A stretch of DNA of 64,000 nucleotides, from sequence record NC_054919.1, one strand, 5' to 3'. The DNA comes from Escherichia phage vB_EcoM_G4507. Below, piece after piece: positions 55,670 to 64,000 of the stretch (position 1 is its first letter; every line of letters starts with the position of its first letter). Position numbers and translations under genes: made by a program. The notes beneath the pieces were generated by a model that was not told the DNA's origin, did no database searches, and saw nothing but the letters and a program-made list of their open reading frames with translations.

Positions 55670-56634
55670 TGTATTCTTTAGAGGAATTTAATAATCAAGC
55701 AATAAACGCAGATTTCCAACGTAATAATATGTTCAGCTGTGTTTTTGCTACAACTCCATCAACTAAAAGCTCTTCGTTGATAAGTTCAATTAGCAACTTT
55801 TCTTATAATAACTTGGGCCTAAATTCAGATTGGTTAGGATTAACTCAAGGCGATATTAATCAGGGAATTACTACGCTAATTACAGCTGGCACACAAAAAC
55901 TGATAAGAAAATCAGGGGTTAGTAAATATCTTATTGGTGCCATGAGTCAACGTACAGTTCAAAGTTTATTAGGCTCATTTACAGTTGGTACATATTTAAT
56001 TGACTTCTTTAACATGGCATATAACTCATCTGGATTGATGATATACTCTGTAAAAATGCCAGAGAATAGATTATCCTATGAAACTGACTGGAACTATAAT
56101 TCTCCTAATATTCGTATAACTGGGAGAGAATTAGACCCTTTGGTTATTTCATTCAGAATGGATTCAGAAGCTTGTAACTATCGTGCAATGCAAGACTGGG
56201 TTAACGCTGTTCAAGACCCAGTAACTGGATTGCGTGCTTTGCCGCAAGATGTCGAGGCTGATATTCAGGTTAATCTTCATTCTCGCAATGGATTACCACA
56301 TACTGCGGTGATGTTCACTGGATGCATTCCAGTGTCCGTAAGCGCTCCTGAGTTATCATATGATGGAGATAACCAAATAACTACATTTGATGTTACTTTT
56401 GCGTATAGAGTCATGCAGGCTGGAGCAGTTGATAGACAAGCTGCGCTTGAATGGCTTGAATCTGCTGCTATAAATGGTATTCAAAGCGTTCTCGGAAATA
56501 GTGGAGGTGTCACTGGACTATCTAATTCGCTTTCACGACTTAGTAGATTAGGGGGAACTGCAGGAAGCATTTCAAATATTAACACTATGACAGGAATTGT
56601 CAATTCGCAAAGTAAAATATTAGGAGCAATATAA
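55669..56634 (+). CDS. 54: baseplate tail tube initiator gp54
   Basis: Track ORF 321 aa as T4 gp54; bidirectional terminator hairpin downstream. Confidence 0.9.
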   Translation: MYSLEEFNNQAINADFQRNNMFSCVFATTPSTKSSSLISSISNFSYNNLGLNSDWLGLTQGDINQGITTLITAGTQKLIRKSGVSKYLIGAMSQRTVQSLLGSFTVGTYLIDFFNMAYNSSGLMIYSVKMPENRLSYETDWNYNSPNIRITGRELDPLVISFRMDSEACNYRAMQDWVNAVQDPVTGLRALPQDVEADIQVNLHSRNGLPHTAVMFTGCIPVSVSAPELSYDGDNQITTFDVTFAYRVMQAGAVDRQAALEWLESAAINGIQSVLGNSGGVTGLSNSLSRLSRLGGTAGSISNINTMTGIVNSQSKILGAI

Positions 56635-56638
56635 CAAT

Positions 56639-56656
56639 GGGGACCTTTCGGTCCCC
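56639..56656. terminator. bidirectional terminator between gene 54 (+) and ORF 56663..56953 (-)
   Basis: GGGGACC-TTTC-GGTCCCC hairpin flanked by ATATTTTTATTT. Confidence 0.7.
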
Positions 56657-56662
56657 ATATTT

Positions 56663-56953
56663 TTATTTACGGAATGAAATGAAAGCAGCAACTGAAGCAA
56701 CTAAACTGTCTTCAATATAAACTTCAATTTTTACCGGAGCTTCTGACTCAAATTTACCTGTTACTACACCCTGAAAAATACTTTCAGTCTGTTCTGGCTT
56801 TGAAAAATTTTCAGAAGGAAAAATTCCGAACTTTTTATCTGTTCCAAAAATTTTGATAAATTCATCGTAAACTGCTTCATTAAAAGCATTATCAGCAGGA
56901 ATAACGCCTTCAACTACAAGTTCTTGACCTAAAAAGCGCAAAGAAGATTTCAT
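56663..56953 (-). CDS. hypothetical protein, 96 aa, downstream of alt genes
   Basis: Track ORF; ATG 56951-56953 with GAGGA RBS; own early-type promoter at 56985-57013. Confidence 0.5.
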   Translation of the reverse strand: MKSSLRFLGQELVVEGVIPADNAFNEAVYDEFIKIFGTDKKFGIFPSENFSKPEQTESIFQGVVTGKFESEAPVKIEVYIEDSLVASVAAFISFRK

Positions 56954-56984
56954 TTTGTGTTCCTCATGTTATGTCAGTAAGACT

Positions 56985-57013
56985 ACTATAACACAACACG
57001 AGGGACTTGTAAA
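56985..57013 (-). promoter_or_regulatory. early-type promoter upstream of ORF 56663..56953
   Basis: Minus strand TTTACA (57008-57013) - 17 nt - TATAGT (56985-56990); -35 overlaps the stop of the alt-family gene. Confidence 0.5.
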
Positions 57014-59071
57014 CTACATCTTGAACTTTTTAGACATTCCGTTGATGTTAACCAAAGAAGCTAAGATTTGAGAAACTTCGTTTTCCTCTTCTTTTGATTC
57101 TTCTACAAGGAATTGATTAAATCCAGCCATTGGACGAACTTCACCAGTTTCCATTAGATGGTCGCCATCATATACTGATTCTTCTAATTGTTCAGAAGGA
57201 GGAACGATTGTACCTTCGATTAGATACTTGTTATAAGCAGTTTCTTTCATAAAGTAAGTACTTACTTTATTAATCTTCAGTAAAATTCCACGTGGTAGAA
57301 TAACTTCAGCTTCTGACGGAAATCCTGATAAATGACCCGGAACGATAACTTTGATTCGCTCAGCTCCTTTAATTACCATACCCACGCTAGTTTCAGCATC
57401 TTCATTAGCATATGTAGAATGACTACCCATATGCATCAAATCTTCTGCATCAACGGAACCTTCTCCTTCACCAGAAAATACTGCGCCGGAATCATCTAGA
57501 GCCATATAGTTTTTACCATGCTCACCGAAGATATTTGGTTTAAGCGATGTGGATACGAAGTTCTTGAAATAGAACATTTTATTTTCAATGTTATGACGCA
57601 AAGTTTTAAAGGTAACTTCTTGTCCACGGTAAAGTGTAGTTCCTGGAGGAAGAACTGAACCTTTAGCGAATGCAGAATCAAGCGTCTCAATATGTTTAAT
57701 AGCTCGTTCCATATATTCTTCACGGGTAGAATCTGGTTTACCCAAAAGGAACGAGTTCATTTCAACATATGAATCTGCACAATAATCTTCAATTACATCA
57801 GATTCAGCTTGAGTTAATCCTTTTGGAGTTACTTCAGTGCTTGCGTATTCATATGCCTGAGCAGCAGATTCATTAATCAATTTATAAATGCCATTCATGA
57901 CAAATTGAATAATAGCTGTCTTTTCATCTGGCGTAGCTTTAGAACCTTTAACCAAATCATTGATAATTTTCTTAATAACATCAAAGCTATTAGAAATATT
58001 AATATCAGCAAGATCGCTTAAAATTTTATCAGTCTTATAATCAAAGAATTCTTTATTCTTTAAATATTCTTGAGAACCTTGATATGTTATATCGCTCTGT
58101 AACTTGATAGATGGATCACGTAAACGTGCATGGGCTAATGCAATATGATTTCGGAAGCTTTCGAGTTCATAATCACTAGATTTAAAACGAGAAGCGCTTC
58201 TCATACCGCCTATAGCTCCTTTGCTGAAGTTTGAACCAATTTGAATAACGCCAGAGTTCATTGGTCCTTCTGCTTTATACACCGGAACTTTAGATTCAAA
58301 CTCTTGATATTTCTTAGCAGCGAAGCTATCACCCTGAAGTGAAGCATCAACAGTAGAATATTGAGCTTGTGCTGCTAATCGACGACTAATTTTAGTTTTC
58401 TGAATAACAGCTTGGTCCGTGCGCTTATCATTTTCTAAAGCAATAGAAGCAGCAACAGCAACAGCTTTAGGAACAGCATTACCTGTTTTAACATCTACAT
58501 AAACATCACCAACCTTTGATTCAACTTTTGTGAATAACTCAGTTGAAATAGGAGGTACACCTGGAATGTCTTCTAAATTGGCATTTTTACGATAAACCAT
58601 AATATATGCGTACTTTTTATCATAATCCCAGATTTCCTTTAAAAGAACATATCGACCTGCTCCTTTAGTACGTACTAAACGGTCAGCAATAACTTGCATT
58701 TGACGAGCAGCGCCATTTGTTTTACTCTTTAGTACGCGGAATAAGCATGCATCAATTTTATACTGTTTCATTGTTTGAAGAGCAGTATCAAAAACAGCGT
58801 TAATGACGCCAATTGGATTTCCACCCAAGTTTCTAAGTTTAACCAGTGATAATTTCTCGTTGACACCTATCATTACGATATGCATCATTTTATCGCCCGG
58901 CTTAACGTTTTTATTTGTATCACCTCCAGAGGTGTATGTACAAAATCTAAATCCAGGAAGCACGCTTTCTTCGCCGGCTTGAATAGCAAAAATTTGAGGT
59001 ATTTTATGCTTAGGATTTAAGTTAACAACCGGCGCCGAAGCGCCGTCAAATAATTCTGTAATAAGTTCCAT
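57014..59071 (-). CDS. Alt-family ADP-ribosyltransferase paralog (downstream copy)
   Basis: Track ORF 685 aa; N-terminus MELITELFD.. and first ~250 aa similar to the upstream copy; C-terminal ART-like R / STS / ExE motifs (LYRGQ, FVSTSL, EAEVILPRG); AAGGA RBS. Confidence 0.8.
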   Translation of the reverse strand: MELITELFDGASAPVVNLNPKHKIPQIFAIQAGEESVLPGFRFCTYTSGGDTNKNVKPGDKMMHIVMIGVNEKLSLVKLRNLGGNPIGVINAVFDTALQTMKQYKIDACLFRVLKSKTNGAARQMQVIADRLVRTKGAGRYVLLKEIWDYDKKYAYIMVYRKNANLEDIPGVPPISTELFTKVESKVGDVYVDVKTGNAVPKAVAVAASIALENDKRTDQAVIQKTKISRRLAAQAQYSTVDASLQGDSFAAKKYQEFESKVPVYKAEGPMNSGVIQIGSNFSKGAIGGMRSASRFKSSDYELESFRNHIALAHARLRDPSIKLQSDITYQGSQEYLKNKEFFDYKTDKILSDLADINISNSFDVIKKIINDLVKGSKATPDEKTAIIQFVMNGIYKLINESAAQAYEYASTEVTPKGLTQAESDVIEDYCADSYVEMNSFLLGKPDSTREEYMERAIKHIETLDSAFAKGSVLPPGTTLYRGQEVTFKTLRHNIENKMFYFKNFVSTSLKPNIFGEHGKNYMALDDSGAVFSGEGEGSVDAEDLMHMGSHSTYANEDAETSVGMVIKGAERIKVIVPGHLSGFPSEAEVILPRGILLKINKVSTYFMKETAYNKYLIEGTIVPPSEQLEESVYDGDHLMETGEVRPMAGFNQFLVEESKEEENEVSQILASLVNINGMSKKFKM

Positions 59072-59074
59072 GAT

Positions 59075-61126
59075 TTATCCTTGAACGAACTTGTAAGGCA
59101 TGTTTGTAATATCTATGCAAGACGCAATAATTCCAAGAGATGATTCTACTTTCTGTTTAACATTTGATGAAACAAATGATGCAAAGTCAACTCTATCTTC
59201 TATATCACCTGTCATTGTAACTACTTCGCCGGTTTCCATTAAACGGTCACCGTCATAAATTACTGATTCGGTGAGTTCTTCGGTGGTCATAACTTCAGCT
59301 TGAATAAGCTTGTTGTTAGTTTTGACTGTTCCATCATTGTAAGATGCATCAGTTATTTTATTAACTTTGACCATTAATCCACGTGGCAAAATGACTTCCA
59401 TTTCATTTGAAGGCGCTAAACTTCCACCGGGTAAAACAACATTGACTTTATCAGCCCCAGTAATAACCCATCCAATTCCGACTAAATTATCGCTAGAATT
59501 AACAAGCCCTTCATCATTTTTATCGATAGAAATGTTTAGACGCTTTTCATCTGGTAAAACACCAACAGCTGAATCAGTCATCCAAGTACCAAAAATGTTT
59601 GGATATAATGATGTTGATACAAAATTTCTAAAATAAAAAACTCGATTTTTTACCATTGCTTCGTATATTGAAGGTAACATTCGTTGTGAACGATACAAAG
59701 TAATACCTTTTGGTAATCGTTCACCATTTTTAAAGGCTGAATCTAAATTATCAATAGCTTTTTCTATGTCAGATGCTGTCAAAATACTTGTACGCTCATC
59801 TGGATTATATAATCCCAAAAGAGCATTATTTATGTCTACATATCCTGAACCTACGTATTCACGAATTCCGCGTTTTTGTGCTGGTGTGTATTTAGATGAA
59901 TCTTTATTTTCGACTATAGGATGTAATGACCATCCAGCTGTAAGAGCATATCCACGTAATTCTCTTCGAATAATCTTTGTTTTTATTGCATTCCAAGAAT
60001 TTTGTACTAACTCATTTGCAGCATCTTGGTTTAAATGCGAATGTTTGTTAATATTTCTTTCAAACCAAGCACCTTTATATTTTTCTAAAGTATTATCGAC
60101 GATAGAAGCAATAGTTTCTAAAGTTTTTATTGAAGTAATAGATTCTTTTCGTAATTTTTCTAAAGCTTTATTTTTTATTTCTGCATTAATAATGGATTCT
60201 TTATCTTCAGGAATTATAGAAGCTTCTCTGAATGCCATCCCAGCTGTAACACTGCTAAGAGCATTCTCTAGTGCAAATCCTGAAGTAGAAATTACCGTTA
60301 ATTCATTAGAATCAGAAATTAAAGGCGCATCAGCGGGTTTATTTAATTCTGCTGCTGAAGCCTCAAATTTTTGAAACATCGGTGTTTCAAATCTAGAAGA
60401 TTCCAATGACTGACTTTGTGCAATTGCTCTACGGGAAATTTTAACTTTAACGATTACAGCTTGGTCAGAACGTTTATCATTTTCTTGTGCAATAGATGCT
60501 GCAATTGCCTCATTTTTGGTTACTTGAGCTCCGGTATCTTTATTGATATAAACATCACCGACCTTCGATTCAACTTTAGTAAAGAGCTCGGTACTAATTT
60601 CCGGAACTCCTGGAATGTCTTCTAGTGATACATTTTTGCGATGTATAAGAATATATGCATACTTTTTATCATAATCCCAGAGTTCCTTAAGAAGGACGTA
60701 TCTGCCACCTGAACGACTACGGATAAGTCTATCAGCAATAACTTGAATTTGTCGAGCTTGACCAGCGGTTTTAGACTTAAGAATACGAAGCATACAGGCA
60801 TCAATTTTATACTGACGCATTGTTTGCATCGCAACAGTAAAAACTGAATTGATATAATTAATTGGGCTTGGACCAAGACCTTTTAATTTAGCAATTGAAC
60901 CTTTAGCAGTTAATGTAAAAGGAACAATATGCATCATTTTATCGCCCATCTTTAAATCGCGATTAGTATCACCTCCAGATGTATAGGTACATAAACGAAA
61001 GCCTGGTTGTTCAATTGCATCATCAACATGAACTGAAAAAATTTGCGGTATTTTCTTCTTTGGATTTAAGTTTGTAATCGGAAGAGTAGTATCTTCGTCA
61101 AATAATTCTGTAATAAGTTCCATCAT
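59075..61126 (-). CDS. alt: ADP-ribosyltransferase Alt (packaged, RNA polymerase-modifying) - upstream copy
   Basis: Track ORF 683 aa; MMELITELFDEDTTLPITN.. as remembered for T4 Alt; C-terminal R / STS / ExE motifs (LYRSQ, FVSTSL, EMEVILPRG); late promoter TATAAATA at 61147-61154. Confidence 0.8.
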   Translation of the reverse strand: MMELITELFDEDTTLPITNLNPKKKIPQIFSVHVDDAIEQPGFRLCTYTSGGDTNRDLKMGDKMMHIVPFTLTAKGSIAKLKGLGPSPINYINSVFTVAMQTMRQYKIDACMLRILKSKTAGQARQIQVIADRLIRSRSGGRYVLLKELWDYDKKYAYILIHRKNVSLEDIPGVPEISTELFTKVESKVGDVYINKDTGAQVTKNEAIAASIAQENDKRSDQAVIVKVKISRRAIAQSQSLESSRFETPMFQKFEASAAELNKPADAPLISDSNELTVISTSGFALENALSSVTAGMAFREASIIPEDKESIINAEIKNKALEKLRKESITSIKTLETIASIVDNTLEKYKGAWFERNINKHSHLNQDAANELVQNSWNAIKTKIIRRELRGYALTAGWSLHPIVENKDSSKYTPAQKRGIREYVGSGYVDINNALLGLYNPDERTSILTASDIEKAIDNLDSAFKNGERLPKGITLYRSQRMLPSIYEAMVKNRVFYFRNFVSTSLYPNIFGTWMTDSAVGVLPDEKRLNISIDKNDEGLVNSSDNLVGIGWVITGADKVNVVLPGGSLAPSNEMEVILPRGLMVKVNKITDASYNDGTVKTNNKLIQAEVMTTEELTESVIYDGDRLMETGEVVTMTGDIEDRVDFASFVSSNVKQKVESSLGIIASCIDITNMPYKFVQG

Positions 61127-61146
61127 AGCCTCTCTAGTGTTTATTC

Positions 61147-61154
61147 TATTTATA
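61147..61154 (-). promoter_or_regulatory. late promoter TATAAATA upstream of alt
   Basis: Minus-strand TATAAATA ~20 nt upstream of ATG 61126. Confidence 0.55.
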
Positions 61155-61159
61155 AAATT

Positions 61160-61177
61160 AAAGGCCCGAAGGCCTTT
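61160..61177 (-). terminator. hairpin between ORF 61176..61364 and the alt late promoter
   Basis: AAAGGCC-TTCG-GGCCTTT palindrome overlapping the stop codon of the 62-aa ORF. Confidence 0.45.
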
Positions 61178-61364
61178 AATAATCTAGTGGTAAGAGAGTA
61201 CGGTATATTTCAAACTTTGGACCTTTTTCATAGGCATCAAATGTTTCTGTGAATTTATTATAAGCATATGCATCTACAAATTCGAGAATGACTTGTGATA
61301 CAGAAGTAGAAACATCTCCACCTTCTTTTTGAGCAATGACAATTGTTTCTAAGTAAGCTTTCAT
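61176..61364 (-). CDS. hypothetical protein, 62 aa
   Basis: Track ORF between gene 30 and alt; start overlaps gene 30 stop. Confidence 0.45.
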   Translation of the reverse strand: MKAYLETIVIAQKEGGDVSTSVSQVILEFVDAYAYNKFTETFDAYEKGPKFEIYRTLLPLDY

Positions 61365-62824
61365 AAACCAGTTACCTCATGAAAATCACCAAATACATCC
61401 TCGAATGTATTAGCTTTAGTTTTATCTTCACGCAAACGAATCGCAATCGGAAGAAATAATTTAACGTAATCAGTGCGGCCATCAGATTTTAACCAACCGT
61501 TGCATTCGCACTCTAGAATTTTTCCAATATAATAATTTTGGTTTTCCATAATGCGAGTACGGTCAAGTTCATGCGATTTTACACCGGCTTTATCTTTTAA
61601 GCCTGAACCAGCATTTACTTTAATTTTTCCACACTCTGACTCAAGAATAAATCCACCTGCTTTAGTAGGGTCTTTACGGTGAGGATAAATTCCTACAATT
61701 TTTAAATCAACATCAATTACTTCTTTAAATTTATAGAGATTTTTTGAACGAGCATTTTCCCATAATCCATCGATATTTTTGAGAATAATACCTTCAAGAC
61801 CTTGGTCAATATACTTTTTATAAATTATCTTGGCTTCGTCTAGGTTATTTACTACCTGGTTTTCAATTAAAATTACTTTATCATAGCCTGATGTCATTTG
61901 TTCTAGTTTAGAAAAACGTACATCATATTTCAAACGAAATGCAGGAAGACCGTATATTTCTACCAACGGTACATAATCCCAGACCTGAAACTTCATGCAT
62001 TGTGCTTCTTTTTCAGAAATGGTTCCCTTTAAAGATTTATTGGCGATGCCATTAGATGCAGTACGTGATTCAGCTACTTCGGCGAATTCTTTAGCTTTAC
62101 TGTTTTCAGGATAAGCATCAAAAAGAAAATCTAGGCCTTCTGGCTCCTTTTTAACTTGCTCATGATATACCAATTCGCCATCAATTAACACGCCTTCTGG
62201 ATGAATCTGGCGGGCTTCAGCGGTCATTTTGATTAATTCTTCCTTAAGAAGATCTAATCCTAGATATTCATTACCAGCTCGTGATAAAAGACGAACGTCA
62301 TCTAATTCATCACCTCTGACTTCGGCAAAGCACCGAGCTCCATCAGCTTTTAACTGGGCAAAGGCTGGAAATTTGATATTCTTATTAATGCCTTTTTCAT
62401 CATAAGAACTTGCAAGCATTTGAGGTTGTTCAGGAATTAAACCTGGCCAAACTTTGTTCGCAATAGATACTGAAGCGCCACATTCAAGGTCTCGCATCAT
62501 CACTCGACGCAAAACTTCAACATCATCTTTTTTACCGTCAGTAATATAACCTACTAATTCCTCAATTGCCGCATTTCCGGTCAATTTTCGAGTAGCTAAT
62601 GTAAATTCAATGAAGTCAAGCATATCAGTAATAGTCAGCATTCCAAAACTCTGGGTAGCAATACCAGGTTTAGGCCATTTCTTGATATAATACTGTAACC
62701 CACGAGAATAAGTCAGACGATATACTCGTTTAAGCAATTCATTATCTTTATTCTTTTCAAGAATTGCTTGCTTCTGCTTAGTTGAACCAATAGATGCTAT
62801 TTCGTTCAGAATTTTAAGAATCAT
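61361..62824 (-). CDS. 30: ATP-dependent DNA ligase gp30
   Basis: Track ORF 487 aa; MILKILNEIASIGSTKQKQAIL.. and active-site KADG (AQLKADGAR) as T4 DNA ligase. Confidence 0.9.
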   Translation of the reverse strand: MILKILNEIASIGSTKQKQAILEKNKDNELLKRVYRLTYSRGLQYYIKKWPKPGIATQSFGMLTITDMLDFIEFTLATRKLTGNAAIEELVGYITDGKKDDVEVLRRVMMRDLECGASVSIANKVWPGLIPEQPQMLASSYDEKGINKNIKFPAFAQLKADGARCFAEVRGDELDDVRLLSRAGNEYLGLDLLKEELIKMTAEARQIHPEGVLIDGELVYHEQVKKEPEGLDFLFDAYPENSKAKEFAEVAESRTASNGIANKSLKGTISEKEAQCMKFQVWDYVPLVEIYGLPAFRLKYDVRFSKLEQMTSGYDKVILIENQVVNNLDEAKIIYKKYIDQGLEGIILKNIDGLWENARSKNLYKFKEVIDVDLKIVGIYPHRKDPTKAGGFILESECGKIKVNAGSGLKDKAGVKSHELDRTRIMENQNYYIGKILECECNGWLKSDGRTDYVKLFLPIAIRLREDKTKANTFEDVFGDFHEVTGL

Positions 62825-63090
62825 TGTTCATCCTTTAGAGTTTGGTTTACAGCTCTATTATAAATCAATTCATCATTAAGCTCAGTCAAAGACCTGTGGT
62901 ACGTTGTTCTAACTTTATTTCCTTGCATCCAGTGCTTGACGTAAATGAAACCTTGCTCTACACATTTTTTAAAAATTCGTTCGTCTTTTTGAGCTCGGAA
63001 TTCTGGATTGCATCTAAAAAATTGATTTACGTGACCGTAATCACGTGTAGTATTACCTTCATTTTCATAAATAGTGTGAACAACAAACAT
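62821..63090 (-). CDS. hypothetical protein (T4 30.1 position)
   Basis: Track ORF 89 aa; start overlaps stop of upstream ORF. Confidence 0.5.
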   Translation of the reverse strand: MFVVHTIYENEGNTTRDYGHVNQFFRCNPEFRAQKDERIFKKCVEQGFIYVKHWMQGNKVRTTYHRSLTELNDELIYNRAVNQTLKDEQ

Positions 63091-63929
63091 TAGAATGCTC
63101 CTTGGAAAATATTATTAGCACCAGTAGGTCTATTATACAAATACTCTATGCCACCGGGTTTAATATAGTTCCATGTCTGAAACGGATGCGTCTGATATGG
63201 ATGATATAGATGATTATAAGGATTAAATCCAGGAGTTCTCCAGGTAGTGTTCCAAGGAAAAGAATCGTTTTTAATCATCTTTTCAATTACATCTTTTATA
63301 GCTTTTTCACTATCAAAACTTTCTTTATTTTCCTTCGGTGAAAAAAGCTTATTTTCTACATCATTCCATGTATAAACTCGCTGAGCAGTTTTTGGAATAT
63401 TGTCACGCTCTCCTCGAGCCATCCAATAAACAGGAACATTTAATATTTCACTCGCATGATCGCAATGGTGAGCGAGATCGTCAATATAACAAATCACGTT
63501 ATATTTCTCTTTTGCCTTTTTAAACAACTCTTCTTTTGAAGAATCATGACCACACATCAGTACTTCTGAGAAGGCACCAGGAAAAAGAGCGTTCAAATTA
63601 AATTGACGATTCAGCAGAGCGTCAATAGAATCACCCAATGCTGTAACAGCTACAAAATTATAATCTTCTTTTAATTTGTTAATTACACACAGAGCATCTT
63701 TATATGGAGACAAGTAACGAATAAAATCTGAACGATTGTATTTTTCAATTAGCTTGACGCCAAGTTCTTCATCACAATTAAAAAGTTTACCTGGAGAAAT
63801 AAATTTCTCATCTTGGATCATTTTTAAAATATGTTCTAATGGAAGATTATATTTCTGAGCAAAATAAGGAAGACCTGATTGCCAGCTTAAACATACTCCA
63901 TCAATATCAGTTAAAATAGTAGGCTTCAT
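63090..63929 (-). CDS. HAD-superfamily hydrolase-like protein (T4 30.2 position)
   Basis: Track ORF 279 aa; N-terminal motif ILTDIDGV matches HAD motif I (DxDx[TV]). Confidence 0.55.
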   Translation of the reverse strand: MKPTILTDIDGVCLSWQSGLPYFAQKYNLPLEHILKMIQDEKFISPGKLFNCDEELGVKLIEKYNRSDFIRYLSPYKDALCVINKLKEDYNFVAVTALGDSIDALLNRQFNLNALFPGAFSEVLMCGHDSSKEELFKKAKEKYNVICYIDDLAHHCDHASEILNVPVYWMARGERDNIPKTAQRVYTWNDVENKLFSPKENKESFDSEKAIKDVIEKMIKNDSFPWNTTWRTPGFNPYNHLYHPYQTHPFQTWNYIKPGGIEYLYNRPTGANNIFQGAF

Positions 63930-64000
63930 AGAGAGTCTCTTAATAGGTTTAACACATCAATAAATTCAGCTTCGGTTAGTATTGTATCATCTTTTGTTAG

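Noticed and set aside
59766-60374. Plus-strand 202-aa ORF inside the alt gene
   Set aside because: Antisense to a well-supported 683-aa ORF with conserved motifs; no start context.

Overview
This window is a contiguous ~64 kb segment of a T4-like (T-even type) myovirus genome; gene names below are assigned by recognition of T4 proteins from memory, not by database search. The gene order is: a partial nudE and a block of small accessory ORFs (T4 e-region-like), an internal head protein gene, a structured RNA region, an 11-gene tRNA array, more accessory ORFs, ipI, 57B/57A, gene 1, then the large structural module (3, 2, 4, 53, 5, 5.1, 5.4, 6-12, wac, 13-24 with 67/68), followed by rnlB, hoc, inh, segE, uvsW, uvsY, the baseplate hub genes 25/26/51/27/28/29/48/54, two tandem alt-family genes and DNA ligase gene 30. 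The most striking feature is not biological: gene 5 is interrupted at 12638-12814 by Illumina/Nextera adapter sequence plus a 55-bp duplication, which points to an assembly artifact. I did not find a clearly novel biological system. The observations worth a second look are the expanded tRNA set relative to T4, an HNH endonuclease gene between genes 18 and 19, tandem Alt paralogs, a duplicated Ig-like domain in Hoc, and early promoters bracketed by inverted repeats. The six-frame track omits ORFs under about 60 aa and ORFs that run off the window edge, and its start codons include TTG/GTG, so several starts were re-set by reading the sequence.
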